Position numbers and translations under genes: made by a program. Of a stretch of DNA of 64,000 nucleotides, positions 41,514 to 52,266 are shown one piece after another. The stretch is from NCBI GenBank assembly GCA_965224195.1, contig OZ245040.1:1216001-1280000 (forward strand), given 5' to 3'. Origin of the DNA: Nitrosopumilus sp. (GTDB taxonomy: Archaea > Thermoproteota > Nitrososphaeria > Nitrososphaerales > Nitrosopumilaceae). The number at the start of each line of letters is the position of its first letter. The stretch's first letter is position 1. Below the pieces are notes generated by a model. The model was not told where the DNA came from and made no database searches. It was given only the letters and a program-made list of their open reading frames with translations.

Positions 41514-42311
41514 ATGACTAAAGAAGAAATTAACACAAACCAAGATTTAGACAATACTGACCAACCTAATAATGTTGTAGATATGTTACTTAGTAAAAAT
41601 CAGATTCAAACTTTAGATTCTGAAACGATGATTTTAGAAACTCAAAAACGTGTTTGGGCTGCTCTGAAAAAAGGCTATGAGTATTCTGGATTAATTGATG
41701 AATCAGATGCATTTCTAAGAAAAAATGTTTTTTCAAAATTAGATATGGTTGTACTCTATGTGGATTTAGTAGGTTCTACCACGATGACATTGGAAATGCC
41801 TCCAGAAAAAATTGCAATCATTATAAGTTCATTTTCTCAAGAAATGGCAGCAGTAATTAGACAACATCACGGGTATGTTTTAAAATTTGTAGGAGATGCA
41901 GTTATTGGTTATTTTGTGGGTGAAGGGATGCATATAGGGGACAATGCTGTGAATTGTGCAAAGTCAATGATCTCAATTATTCAAAAAGGGATAAATCCAA
42001 TTCTAAACCAATATGATTATCCTGATTTGATGGTAAAGGTTGGAGTTGATTTTGGTCAAAACATCGTTGTAAGATATGGTGCAGATGTTGAACATTCTCA
42101 TGTGGATTTAATGGGTCCTGCAATGAATATTGCAGCTAAAATTCAAAACATGGCAAAACCAAATCAAATTTTGATAGGTAAGGATGTATTCGAAAGATTA
42201 CATCCTAGTTTTCAAAAAGATTTCAAACAAATAGTTTGGTCAAAAGGCGAATGGAAGTATCGTTCAAGAATTACAGGAGAAACCTACAATGTGTACGAAT
42301 TTAAAGGATGA
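41514..42311 (+). CDS. Class III adenylate/guanylate cyclase
   Basis: YVDLVGST, KFVGDAV, GPAMNIAAKIQ. Confidence 0.9.
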   Translation: MTKEEINTNQDLDNTDQPNNVVDMLLSKNQIQTLDSETMILETQKRVWAALKKGYEYSGLIDESDAFLRKNVFSKLDMVVLYVDLVGSTTMTLEMPPEKIAIIISSFSQEMAAVIRQHHGYVLKFVGDAVIGYFVGEGMHIGDNAVNCAKSMISIIQKGINPILNQYDYPDLMVKVGVDFGQNIVVRYGADVEHSHVDLMGPAMNIAAKIQNMAKPNQILIGKDVFERLHPSFQKDFKQIVWSKGEWKYRSRITGETYNVYEFKG

Positions 42312-42314
42312 ATC

Positions 42315-42461
42315 TTAGACTGTAAAATTATCTGGACATTCCACATGTTCATAGTGATGCTCTGTAAATTTTTCTTGAACTACATAAATCACAATTTTAT
42401 GAAGATCTTTTTCTCCGATGTTTTTTTTACATTTTAGACATGCCTTTTTTGATTGTTCCAT
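42315..42461 (-). CDS. 48-aa Cys/His microprotein
   Basis: MEQSKKACLKC..HHYEHVECPDNFTV. Confidence 0.55.
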   Translation of the reverse strand: MEQSKKACLKCKKNIGEKDLHKIVIYVVQEKFTEHHYEHVECPDNFTV

Positions 42462-42586
42462 GTGTATTTGCGATCCAAACTGCGAATCTATAAGGATCTG
42501 CGATCAGCTCAAGTTGAGCTAAAACTCCTGAGAATTGAGTTAATGGTATATCAAATGCGTAAAGCAAGCCACAAATATAGCAAATA

Positions 42587-42970
42587 TTGATGATAATCAT
42601 GGATAATATGGTGACAAACCACCTTCGTGACCTTTATGGATTAAATCCAAACATCCCACATGTAGCATTCCAATTTCCAAGACTACCTCCTGGATTATCA
42701 AATCCAATATTCAAAAATCATGAAAACCCAATGAAAGAGCAATTTTTGCGAAATGCTGATAACATGGCTCAAAAACTTCAAGGATTTCAACACATGTATC
42801 AGCAATATGCTAAAGGATTGTTAACCATGACTTCCACTGTGATTCCACCAGGACATCCTGCATACACTAGACAAAATTCTATAGAAACACTTCAGACAGA
42901 AAATGATAAACTAATCAAAGAGAACTTGGAATTAAAGAAAGAAAAATATAAAGAAAAAAATTCAAAATAA
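42587..42970 (+). CDS. Hypothetical protein
   Basis: ORF only. Confidence 0.6.
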   Translation: MMIIMDNMVTNHLRDLYGLNPNIPHVAFQFPRLPPGLSNPIFKNHENPMKEQFLRNADNMAQKLQGFQHMYQQYAKGLLTMTSTVIPPGHPAYTRQNSIETLQTENDKLIKENLELKKEKYKEKNSK

Positions 42971-43027
42971 CTACTAGTTTTAAAAATTGCAATTAGCCAA
43001 CATCCTTATTAATTTAAAAATAACAGT

Positions 43028-43429
43028 TTGATTATGGTAAAAACTCCTGCAGATAAATGGAAAGATACAGTAATCAAATATAGAAAACAATGTCAAAAAA
43101 TTTTAGAGATATCTGATAATATACGATATACTGGAATTGTAAATGCATATGGTAGAACATTAACTGGAATGATCAAACCGAATCTCAAACCTCTTTTACA
43201 ATCAGAAGATTTCAAAAATGAATTATTTGTAATATCTACATTAATTTCATTGAGGAGGGATTCAGTTGGGGCAATTGGAAAGTTGGAACATATTATTTTA
43301 GAACATCAAAAAATAACAATCGTTATTTTACAAAAAAATAATGTTACATACTATGTTTCAGTAAATAGAAAAGAAAAAGGCTTAGAGAGGATTATTGCTT
43401 TAATTAAAAAACAATCTAAGCTGGTGTAA
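43028..43429 (+). CDS. Thaumarchaeal roadblock-like (DUF6659-like) protein
   Basis: CQKILEISDNIRYTGIVNAYGR pattern. Confidence 0.65.
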   Translation: MIMVKTPADKWKDTVIKYRKQCQKILEISDNIRYTGIVNAYGRTLTGMIKPNLKPLLQSEDFKNELFVISTLISLRRDSVGAIGKLEHIILEHQKITIVILQKNNVTYYVSVNRKEKGLERIIALIKKQSKLV

Positions 43430-43829
43430 ATCCATGATATCCGCCTGATTGTTGATCTTTGTCATCAAAAATAGGTTCGAATAAGGAAATAAGATAGTCA
43501 TCAGGATCTAAAATTACCGCATTTAGTCCTGCATCTTTTTTAACAACATCACGATGAATTGTGATGCCTTTTGACCTCAATTCTTCAACAGCTGATTTTA
43601 CATCGCCAACAAGAAAACCTATAGTAATTCCATTCTCTATAGAACTGCCAATATGTTGTGCAGTTAGCGATGCAGGATGTAAACTCAATAATGCACCAGT
43701 AGTACCCAAATCAACCCAGGATCTTCTTTGACTTTTGATAGGAAGTCCTATGATTTCATGGTAAAATTGTAGAGATTTGTCAATATCAGTTACAGCCAAT
43801 ATTACATTACCTACTTTTTTGATGTTCAC
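43416..43829 (-). CDS. VOC/glyoxalase family protein
   Basis: AVTDIDKSLQFY, ILDPD. Confidence 0.88.
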   Translation of the reverse strand: MNIKKVGNVILAVTDIDKSLQFYHEIIGLPIKSQRRSWVDLGTTGALLSLHPASLTAQHIGSSIENGITIGFLVGDVKSAVEELRSKGITIHRDVVKKDAGLNAVILDPDDYLISLFEPIFDDKDQQSGGYHGFTPA

Positions 43830-43865
43830 ATAGATAATACGATAAAGTTCTTTAAATCAATTGCG

Positions 43866-44084
43866 TCATTGCACTTCAACCATAGTTTCAGTTCTATCTA
43901 CCCCGCTTATTTTCTGAATTTGATTTGCAACATCCTTTATCTGAACTAGTTCTTGGACATCAATTATGGCAACTGCGTCAAATTGTCCACTAGTTGGAAA
44001 TGAATCTGCAACAAAAGCAATTTTCTTTAATCTTGCGGCAATTAATTTTTTAGGAGATTTAACCAAAATAATAGCCCTTACCAT
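43866..44084 (-). CDS. Lrp/AsnC ligand-binding domain protein
   Basis: SGQFDAVAII..IQKISGVDRTET. Confidence 0.85.
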   Translation of the reverse strand: MVRAIILVKSPKKLIAARLKKIAFVADSFPTSGQFDAVAIIDVQELVQIKDVANQIQKISGVDRTETMVEVQ

Positions 44085-44317
44085 CCCATGTTAACCTCCA
44101 CTTCAATCAAGGTTTCAGTTGTAACAATATCTTTGATCTTTTTAAAATCAATTACCATATTATTAATTTCATCAATATTGCCTTGCAATAGAACACTGAT
44201 ATCTGCCCTACCGGCAACCACCATAATCTGTTTTACAATTTTACGTTTTTTCTTTAATATTTCTACTACAGAATCTATTTTCCCAGGTTTGACATTAATC
44301 AAACAAAGAGCACGCAT
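44078..44317 (-). CDS. Lrp/AsnC ligand-binding domain protein
   Basis: LINVKPGK..GRADI..IVTTETL. Confidence 0.85.
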   Translation of the reverse strand: MRALCLINVKPGKIDSVVEILKKKRKIVKQIMVVAGRADISVLLQGNIDEINNMVIDFKKIKDIVTTETLIEVEVNMGW

Positions 44318-44351
44318 GAATAGTATACGTCACCGGATCTGATAAAGATTC

Positions 44352-44585
44352 CTAGTCAAATGCATCTTGTGAACGAGCCTCTTCTAGATAGGCACGTCTT
44401 TCTTCATTAACTTTTTCTTGATCAATTACAATATCATCATCTACTATGACAATACCCCCATCACCGGAAGGTTCATCATTGTATTTTTTAGATTTTGTTT
44501 TAGATTTAGTATCTTTTGCTTTACTTGTTGTTTTCTTTACAGGTGTTTTTTTTACAGTTTTCTTTACAATTTTTTTTCCAGCCAT
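44352..44585 (-). CDS. Small basic/acidic hypothetical protein
   Basis: ORF only. Confidence 0.6.
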   Translation of the reverse strand: MAGKKIVKKTVKKTPVKKTTSKAKDTKSKTKSKKYNDEPSGDGGIVIVDDDIVIDQEKVNEERRAYLEEARSQDAFD

Positions 44586-44778
44586 GAATCTCGAAAATCA
44601 AGAGGTGGGGTGGTTTTTAAAGATTATGCAAAATGCATTTTGAATCAAGTTGGTAATTTTTTATCGATCAAACAGGCCATCTGAGTCAACAAATTACGCA
44701 TAATCCACTTTATCATCAATTCATCCAAATGGTTCCTATTGGAGGTGAAGAAAAATAGCAACATTAGCAGATTACCAA

Positions 44779-45123
44779 ATGACAGGAAATAGTGCATCAT
44801 TGGCTAAGATTGGAGAAAAATTATTTACAATTACATTTGTAGAAGATTCCAATTATACTCAAGGAGAAGTCATTACCCAAGGGGTAAAGATCACAACTAA
44901 AGAAATGTTTGATGTAGATGGAAATCAAATGAATAAATTCCACACTACACATGCAGCCATAGTTAATAGATTCAAAAGGATGTTTGGTGAGTATGCCATG
45001 GCTCACAAAAGAAAATACATGATAAAAGAATTGGAATTAAAAGTTGAACTGTATAATCTATTTGCAAGTGTTTGAGGGAATAAGATCAAAAGTTAGCTAG
45101 AAATGATTTGTTCGACAGAGTAC
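44779..45123 (+). pseudogene. Chimera: truncated host gene fused to the 3' end and TIR of the IS903-like element
   Basis: FKRMFGEYAMAHKRKYMIKELELKVELYNLFA and atttgttcgacagagtac match 23478..23630. Confidence 0.85.
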
Positions 45124-45254
45124 AATTTGAGATAAAACCTGGCGTATTTACCAGTTACAAATATGCTTGGGATGAACCAAATCCTGAGACTTTCTCATAT
45201 TGGTCTCCAGCATATTGGTGGAATAGTTATACTGTCTGGTGGCATTTGAAATAG
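45124..45254 (+). pseudogene. Orphan C-terminus of EPNP..WW..WH-family secreted protein
   Basis: WDEPNPETFSYWSPAYWWNSYTVWWHLK*, similar to 61350..61439. Confidence 0.6.
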
Positions 45255-45539
45255 ATGTTTAATACTATAACATCTAAAATCCTTCTTATTTTTTTAATAT
45301 CTGTAATACTTTTACCGCTCGGAGTCTGGTTGTATGTTTTTTCAATATTTCCATTAATCTCAGAATCTATATTATCAACAAATGCAGAGATAATATCATT
45401 CAAAGAAGAGCATGGTACATCTAATTTCGGGCATCATAAATCTGAGTTTATGTCATATGGAGATGATAAATGTACAATAACTGGTACTTTATCTCCTTGG
45501 AACTGGAATGTTGAGAATGTTATAGTGAAATGTGGTTAA
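45255..45539 (+). CDS. Small membrane-anchored protein
   Basis: N-terminal TM; abuts upstream stop. Confidence 0.55.
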   Translation: MFNTITSKILLIFLISVILLPLGVWLYVFSIFPLISESILSTNAEIISFKEEHGTSNFGHHKSEFMSYGDDKCTITGTLSPWNWNVENVIVKCG

Positions 45540-45623
45540 TTAAAGTCGACAGCAATCTTCCAAATTAGGTTTCAATCTTTATTGTAATAGATGTGTCATT
45601 GAGACTTGGTTATGGTTAAGTAT

Positions 45624-45953
45624 TCATGTGTTGTAATAATGGTAAAAATATGCTATAATGATAGATGAAGCAGTAGAGAATAAGAGTAAAAGCTGTATCT
45701 TACTGAGCATTGTCTTTTTGTACATTTTTTTTGAAATAGTACAAAATGCAGCAAAATGTATTGCAAAAAATCCCAACAACAAAAAAGCACCGTAATATTG
45801 TTCTTCAAAAACCATATGAAACATATTGTAAGAATTTGTCAGCACATTAATGACTAAATAACCAGAATAAAATATTGTGCCCATACTGGTTATTAGAATT
45901 CCTAAAAATCCTAAAAATCGCCAATAAAAAAAAGAAGGGGTATGGTTTACCAT
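45624..45953 (-). CDS. Small three-TM membrane protein
   Basis: Hydrophobic; ATG at 45953 just after upstream stop. Confidence 0.6.
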   Translation of the reverse strand: MVNHTPSFFYWRFLGFLGILITSMGTIFYSGYLVINVLTNSYNMFHMVFEEQYYGAFLLLGFFAIHFAAFCTISKKMYKKTMLSKIQLLLLFSTASSIIIAYFYHYYNT

Positions 45954-45958
45954 GACCC

Positions 45959-46696
45959 CTAGAAAAACTTTGCAGTTACAGAGTACCAAGAATTTCCACC
46001 ATCAAAATTGGTAAAAGCATACGAACCATGTCTATCAGAATGATTAGAATCTGATGTTAGATTATGTTTGGTAGTTCCATATTGTATGTAGCCATCTTCC
46101 CATTCATGAGGTACAAAACACCAGTGGAGATAAAATGGACTAGCTTCCCAATTAACATCAACCACATTTGGTTTTACAGTTGCATCAAAAACAGCTTGAT
46201 TGAGATTAGAACATTCAGAGTATCCATCATGCAATTTTAATGTGTTAGGAGTACCATAATCTTTATCGTATAAAGATATTGCAGCTCCTCGGATATCAGA
46301 GTTCCCTGAACCACGTTTTACACGCTGCTCTTCACGATCAGTGAATGTTTCATCAATATCGAGTTTTTTATTTTTTAGAGCATATGTACCATCGTCATTT
46401 AGAGTAATTCTAAATGTTTCTGATGCTTCTAATGTATCATCAATTACAGTTGTTGTTTTGATTTTATACTGCGTATCAGATAGTTGTTTTGTCTTTGTTG
46501 TGACAGCTATTATTTTACCATCGATTATTTTTTGTTCTGTGTTTTTACCTGTAGTAGAGATTAGTTTTTCAATGTAATCTACTACTGCTGGATCATATGT
46601 TGCTTGTGTTTGTGCTGATGCATAATCCATTACAGAGAATGGAAGAATCATTACAGATATCAAACCAGCAAATAAGATTATTTTTGTATTTTTCAT
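45959..46696 (-). CDS. Secreted hypothetical protein (KxILFAxLI..MILPFS signal family)
   Basis: MKNTKIILFAGLISVMILPFSVMDYASAQ. Confidence 0.7.
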   Translation of the reverse strand: MKNTKIILFAGLISVMILPFSVMDYASAQTQATYDPAVVDYIEKLISTTGKNTEQKIIDGKIIAVTTKTKQLSDTQYKIKTTTVIDDTLEASETFRITLNDDGTYALKNKKLDIDETFTDREEQRVKRGSGNSDIRGAAISLYDKDYGTPNTLKLHDGYSECSNLNQAVFDATVKPNVVDVNWEASPFYLHWCFVPHEWEDGYIQYGTTKHNLTSDSNHSDRHGSYAFTNFDGGNSWYSVTAKFF

Positions 46697-46721
46697 AATT
46701 ATTGAAAAAATTTATTATATA

Positions 46722-47787
46722 GATGAGTTGTGCAATCAGTCCAATTTGAGCATAATCTCAACATTTTCTAATCATAAGATCCAAAGCTAAGGCTGAATTA
46801 TTTTCAATTCATGTTTAATTGCACAAACTGGCAAAAAAACCAAAGCAATTCCTGCCAATAGCAGGATTAACTGTTCCACAATTTGATTCCCTATACAAAG
46901 AAACAAAGAAAAATTACAAAACTGCAGAACAAAAGGGATTATCCAAAAACAGAGAAAGAGACATTGGTGCAGGACACAAGTTTGACTTGTCCTTCAAAGG
47001 CAGAATTCTAATGTTTTGCATGTACTACAGAATGTACACAGCATATGACATGCCAGGGATGACATTTGATTTGGACAAACCAAACGTAATGAGAAACATC
47101 AGATGTTTGGAGCCTGCAGTGAAGCAGTCCATTACAATTGCTGCCAAAAAATATGCAGACTCAAAAAAGATTAACGGCATGCAGAAATTGCAAGAATTCT
47201 TTCCGGAATTAATTGCAATCACTGATGGCACAGAACAGCCCATCCCAAGACCAAAAAACAAAAAGAAAAGAAGGACACACCATTCAGGCAAAAAGAAAAA
47301 GCATGCAGTACAAAATCAAATCGCCATAAATCCTGATGGGATAACAATCCACAAATCTGCACATTCGCCTGGCAGCCATCATGATTACAGAATTTACAAA
47401 TCAAAGCATCCAACATTATCTGAAGGGTTGCTGCAGTCTTATGATCTTGGATATTTGGGGATGGAAAAAGACTTTCCAGAACAGGCAAGTGTTTTGCCAT
47501 ACAAGAAAAAGAAAGGAAAAAAATTGACTGTTGCTCAAAAGGAGTGGAACAAGATGCAGTCAAAAATTAGAATAAAAGTTGGACGTGTCATTGCACAAGT
47601 CAGGCAATTTCGGATAAATCGCGATGTGTTTAGAAACAAATTATGCAGATATGATGTGACAAGTGAAATTGTTTGTGGGACTGTCAGTTTCAAGATTAAA
47701 TGGAAAGAAGAATTCATTGCAATTCCATAAAATTAAAAATTAAATGATAGAAAAGTCAGATTTTTGTTTGTAATTACGCAACTCATC
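46722..47787 (+). mobile_element. IS5-family (ISL2-group-like, DDE_Tnp_4) element, copy 1
   Basis: TIRs GATGAGTTGTGCAAT / ATTACGCAACTCATC flanked by TA; DGTE, HSGKKKKH, HHD, DLGYLG. Confidence 0.9.
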
Positions 47788-48091
47788 TACTGTATATTTT
47801 TTCAACACTTACTATAGTTGTCTTTGATTCAAAACCAGGCTGTATCTCGTCATACTTTAATGTAAAATCAACAAAGCCCCAACCCCTATCTATCAATGTG
47901 TCAGCTGATGACTCTTTTACACAGGCATATGATACTGCATTTGATTTAAAGAGTAACACATAGCTGTCTTTGCATACGTTGCTATCTTCTATCGTAAAAT
48001 CATATGCAAAATCCTCTGCAAATGCAGGAACAGAGGCTGCTGCCGAAACTGCAATCAATGCAAAAACCATCCAAACTGTTTTTTTATGCAT
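47783..48091 (-). pseudogene. Secreted protein with thaumarchaeal C..K..CVK..RGW motif, truncated by IS
   Basis: Stop codon lies in the IS end; same motif as N-terminus of 20419..22302. Confidence 0.6.
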
Positions 48092-48123
48092 AATTTAACT
48101 CAGATCAAACGATTCTAAAATAC

Positions 48124-48708
48124 CTATTTACTAGGAGTTGACAGGAATTTCACGTCTCCATCATACCAAGCTTTTCGATCTATTGTGTAATAATCACCAG
48201 TATCAAGGGATTTACACAAGTCTGTTGCGCAATACACTTGCGTGTGTACAGGACTACCTCTGTTTATAACACCATGTATTGTACCAAAATGCCCACCAAA
48301 ATCCCTAACATCATAACACATTCTATCATTAGCCATAACACAACCAGACAAATCATAAAGTGTATTGTTATAAAGTCCAAGTTTTACAGGTTCAATATCA
48401 GCAAACTGTCCTGTAGATATAAATTTGAAGATTGTAATTCCATTAATAATTTCCTCAGTATAATTATAACGAGTACCATTCTTTAGAGATATGGAATATT
48501 CACCAGTTTTATTATCATGATATAAGTTACCAGGAGAAAAAGCCATAGAATAATAAGCCTCACCTGGCGGAAATTCAAATATTGAATAATCCACAGTTAA
48601 ATTATTGTGAGTTTGTTTACTTGATTGATCAAAAGAAGTTACAATGTATATTATAATTACAAATAAAACAAACAAACAAGTAATAACAAAATATTTTTTA
48701 TCCATCAA
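48124..48708 (-). CDS. Membrane-anchored hypothetical protein
   Basis: N-terminal TM; overlaps end of protease gene. Confidence 0.6.
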   Translation of the reverse strand: MMDKKYFVITCLFVLFVIIIYIVTSFDQSSKQTHNNLTVDYSIFEFPPGEAYYSMAFSPGNLYHDNKTGEYSISLKNGTRYNYTEEIINGITIFKFISTGQFADIEPVKLGLYNNTLYDLSGCVMANDRMCYDVRDFGGHFGTIHGVINRGSPVHTQVYCATDLCKSLDTGDYYTIDRKAWYDGDVKFLSTPSK

Positions 48709-50866
48709 TTCCTGTCTTATTTACTATATTTTCCCAAGTGCTAAAAAATTTGAAATATGCCCCATGATCCTCTATACATTGTTCAAATACAGGGAATGTA
48801 TTAAAATCAGTTTGGTTTTCTAACTTGAATATACAAGCTTTACCCACATGTATACCAAGTATACGAGCATTGTAATCATCTAACATCTCAATAACAGGTG
48901 CTCCACTATCCCCCTTATAACTAGGATACACTGATAGAATCTGTTCATGATAAACATAATCACTATTTGTTTGGCTGAGTTGAAGAGTTACATTAGTATG
49001 AGCGATAAAACCCTTAGCCTGATTATATGCACCAATCATGAATATTTCATCATTTACACGTTCAACATCTTTAACACCACCAAACTGTGTAACATGAATG
49101 GTGTCAGTGCCGTTAAGTATTGTATGTTTTGTAGTAGGAATATTTGGATTTGATGGTATAAAAGCAGAATCAGCTTTGATTCCGATCAAATCAGAATCAC
49201 TAACAGGTCCAATATTTTCAGCAATTTTAATTGGGCCTAACTTTATACTAACACGTAAATCACCACTATTATCTACAACAAATCCTTTTGTAACATTTGT
49301 TGGTATCAAACCATGTGCAGACATGATAAACCCTGATATACCGTTCTTAGTAACAGGTAATGTTATTGTGGAAGGAACATCAGGATTTTTTGAGTTATCA
49401 AGTTGACCTTCATATCCTGGAAAATATAATAATAACTGACCACCATAAATACTATTATCTATGGATACAGGTTGCGTATATGTTGTGGATATTTTATCAT
49501 CATTTACATATGGTCCTATACAACCACCTGATTCACGTAATTGGATAGGACAAAACCCAGTAGTTTGATCTGTAGAGAATATACTAGTCTTATTTACTGA
49601 TGATGTAACTATAGGAGGTTTTGGTTTATCTACACATGTATTATTTTGTATAATCTGGCCAGATGGACATGATACCACAGTACACACACCGTTGCGCCAC
49701 TCTTCGTTACTAGCTGGACATCTATCAACACATGCATTACCTTGAAGTATCTGCGAGCCTGTACATGTTGGCATAGTTACCGGCACATTAACAACATCAG
49801 AGTAGAAATACTTGATGCTAGTACTGCCACGGTCATTGGTATAGTACAGCTTTATCTTTAGCTTGTAGTTTTTACCTTCATGTACATTTGATATGGTATA
49901 GGATGTGTCAGTAGATGATAGTTTACCTTTGTATACTGCATATCCACCGTCAATTGATACGTACATTTTGTAGTATCGTACGGTATAGTCAGTTGGCCTA
50001 TCCCATGATACTGTTATATCATCACCGGATTTTACGGTTTTAATATTTTGTAGTTCGTATGTTGGCACAATAACTGGCTTTGGTGGTGGTACTGATATAG
50101 TTCCGCTGTCAGTTGGCAGATCATATCCTGCATTTTTTATGATACTACTATATGTACCACATCGCTTGTACGTATTTCCACCTGTACATCTGTCCTGATA
50201 TAGTTTGTAATAGTAGCAAGTGTTACTTTTTGGTTCATCAGTACATGGGGATGTGCTAGTTTGTGTAGGAGGTGTAACTACAGGTGGGGTAAGTGTAGTT
50301 ACAGAGGCAGGTATTGGCACATGAAGTTGTATCATAGTTTTTTTGTATATCTCACATACCTTTTGGTATCCAGCCTTTACTGGCATACAGGAATTTTTGT
50401 ACCTGTCCTGCCATTGCTTTATCCTGTCTTGGGATGAATGTGACTCTGGTTGGAACTCTACATATTTTATCTCAACTGGTGCATCAATACCAAGTATCTC
50501 TTGTATCAGACCAGGCTCTATTGGAATATCAAAGTATGCAGCCATCGTATCAAGACCAACAACTAGTGTATCATCATCTATGTACACCATTGTAAGTGGG
50601 ATGTCAGGGCCTGTATACTGTTCTAGTGGGGTATCGTTTTGAGTTATCATTAGATTTGTTATTTCAGAGTGAGCTTGTTTTAACTCTGTCTCATTTGTCT
50701 CCCAGTTGCCATCCTTTGAGTAATCTGGATGGTCATCTTCAAACTCATTGTTTCCAGTAAATGTATCAGTATTGTCATCTCCTGGCTGCTGGTTTGCAAA
50801 TGCTCCGCCAGGGACAAGTAATATTAATGAAAAGACTACTGTTGCTGCCAGAAGATGAGGTTTCAT
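48698..50866 (-). CDS. Secreted trypsin-like (S1) serine protease with Cys-rich repeats and fibronectin type III domain
   Basis: Triad motifs MSAHG, ADSAF, GDSGAP; FN3-like ITVSWDRP..YKMYV..YTISNV..YKLKI. Confidence 0.82.
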   Translation of the reverse strand: MKPHLLAATVVFSLILLVPGGAFANQQPGDDNTDTFTGNNEFEDDHPDYSKDGNWETNETELKQAHSEITNLMITQNDTPLEQYTGPDIPLTMVYIDDDTLVVGLDTMAAYFDIPIEPGLIQEILGIDAPVEIKYVEFQPESHSSQDRIKQWQDRYKNSCMPVKAGYQKVCEIYKKTMIQLHVPIPASVTTLTPPVVTPPTQTSTSPCTDEPKSNTCYYYKLYQDRCTGGNTYKRCGTYSSIIKNAGYDLPTDSGTISVPPPKPVIVPTYELQNIKTVKSGDDITVSWDRPTDYTVRYYKMYVSIDGGYAVYKGKLSSTDTSYTISNVHEGKNYKLKIKLYYTNDRGSTSIKYFYSDVVNVPVTMPTCTGSQILQGNACVDRCPASNEEWRNGVCTVVSCPSGQIIQNNTCVDKPKPPIVTSSVNKTSIFSTDQTTGFCPIQLRESGGCIGPYVNDDKISTTYTQPVSIDNSIYGGQLLLYFPGYEGQLDNSKNPDVPSTITLPVTKNGISGFIMSAHGLIPTNVTKGFVVDNSGDLRVSIKLGPIKIAENIGPVSDSDLIGIKADSAFIPSNPNIPTTKHTILNGTDTIHVTQFGGVKDVERVNDEIFMIGAYNQAKGFIAHTNVTLQLSQTNSDYVYHEQILSVYPSYKGDSGAPVIEMLDDYNARILGIHVGKACIFKLENQTDFNTFPVFEQCIEDHGAYFKFFSTWENIVNKTGIDG

Positions 50867-51134
50867 ACTATTATAATATCAAACTTGAATATATCTGATC
50901 TCAGATCGCAAGTATCATACCACATTGATACAGTATCAGAAGAGATGGAATGATGATACAACAACAGAGATGAGGATACTTTCTCATTATTGCTTGATCA
51001 TATGTTGGGGGTAAATAATTGATAATCACCTAGATCTATTATCACTCAGGCAAAGAATTGTTTTGAAGGATTTTTTCAATCCTCTTTTTATTTTCCCGGA
51101 TTTTTTTTCATTCACATTATTAAATCTAGTCATT

Positions 51135-51932
51135 TTATTTTACAATCTCTAGCAGAATATTTTCATCATGCCATGTAATGTGTTCCAAATCAGAAAAATT
51201 CTTTCGTATATTTTTCTGAAACATCTCAAGGGATTCATCAAATGTCTTTTCGTCATACAGAGCAAAAGTAGAATAATGATTGGCTTTAGCTTGTTGAATC
51301 AATCTTTCAAAACTAGATGTCCTTCCATGTCCAAACACTCTAGTAGATTTGATCTTCATGTCTGCATTTTTGGCATATTCTTCTAACTCATTTAACTCAT
51401 ACAATCGATTTTCCATATCTCCAAATAATGGGAAATGTTCTCCCCATATGCTCCTGTAATTTTGATTTCTCAATCTAGTGTAAATAATCAATTTACCATC
51501 ATCTTTTAAAATTTCATGGGATTCTAAAAAGAATTTGTCAAGATCAAAATGGTGTATTGCATTAAATGTCATAATACTATCCATAGAATTATTCTCCAAA
51601 GATAATTTGCTAGCATTTCCTGTCCTAGCACAAAAATTTGTAAATTTCTTTTCAGTCAAGTAATTTTTCAAGTGTTGAATCATGTTTTCATTAAAATCAA
51701 TACAGTGAAGATAACAATTTTCAAATGACTTTAAAATCTCCAAAGAGTAACGTCCATCACCACAACCAACATCAGCAATATTGATTTTTGATTTTTTATC
51801 TAGAATTTTTGTGATGTATTCTATATGATCAACATCTGTTGTTCGTAATTCCTTATAATTTGGAGCGATTTTAGAAAAATGATCATTTGCGTTATTTTCA
51901 GAAACTAAAAGATCTTGTGCAATATTCATCAA
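51135..51932 (-). CDS. Class I SAM-dependent methyltransferase
   Basis: ADVGCGDGRY, NAIHHF, LKDDGKL. Confidence 0.9.
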   Translation of the reverse strand: MMNIAQDLLVSENNANDHFSKIAPNYKELRTTDVDHIEYITKILDKKSKINIADVGCGDGRYSLEILKSFENCYLHCIDFNENMIQHLKNYLTEKKFTNFCARTGNASKLSLENNSMDSIMTFNAIHHFDLDKFFLESHEILKDDGKLIIYTRLRNQNYRSIWGEHFPLFGDMENRLYELNELEEYAKNADMKIKSTRVFGHGRTSSFERLIQQAKANHYSTFALYDEKTFDESLEMFQKNIRKNFSDLEHITWHDENILLEIVK

Positions 51933-52067
51933 GATAGCAAGCCTAGAGGGATTTGAGTCTGTAATACTCTAAATTGGACGGAATTCCAAAAAATCATTCT
52001 GTCTTATTATAAATCCCCTGTCTATAAACGGTGTATTGTACCATGAATCAAGGAAAAAGACATTATC

Positions 52068-52211
52068 ATGACCAAAGAAAAAAACATGAAGCATTTCATA
52101 AAATGCACATTTTGTGGCAAGTCGGATCGTGTAGAATATCTAGGAGGGCTAGATTGGTTTTGCAACAAGAGATGTTATTATAATTTTAGACATAGAGAAG
52201 ACAATACTTAG
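52068..52211 (+). CDS. 47-aa zinc-finger (TRASH-like) microprotein
   Basis: KCTFCGK..WFCNKRC. Confidence 0.5.
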   Translation: MTKEKNMKHFIKCTFCGKSDRVEYLGGLDWFCNKRCYYNFRHREDNT

Positions 52212-52266
52212 ATTCCCAATTAAACACTATCAAAGATTTGAAATGTAAAAACTTGAACAAATTAGA

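Noticed and set aside
51944-52024. gggattt/aaatccc stem upstream of the methyltransferase as a possible riboswitch
   Set aside because: Only about 7 bp, overlaps likely promoter sequence, no recognisable aptamer motif.
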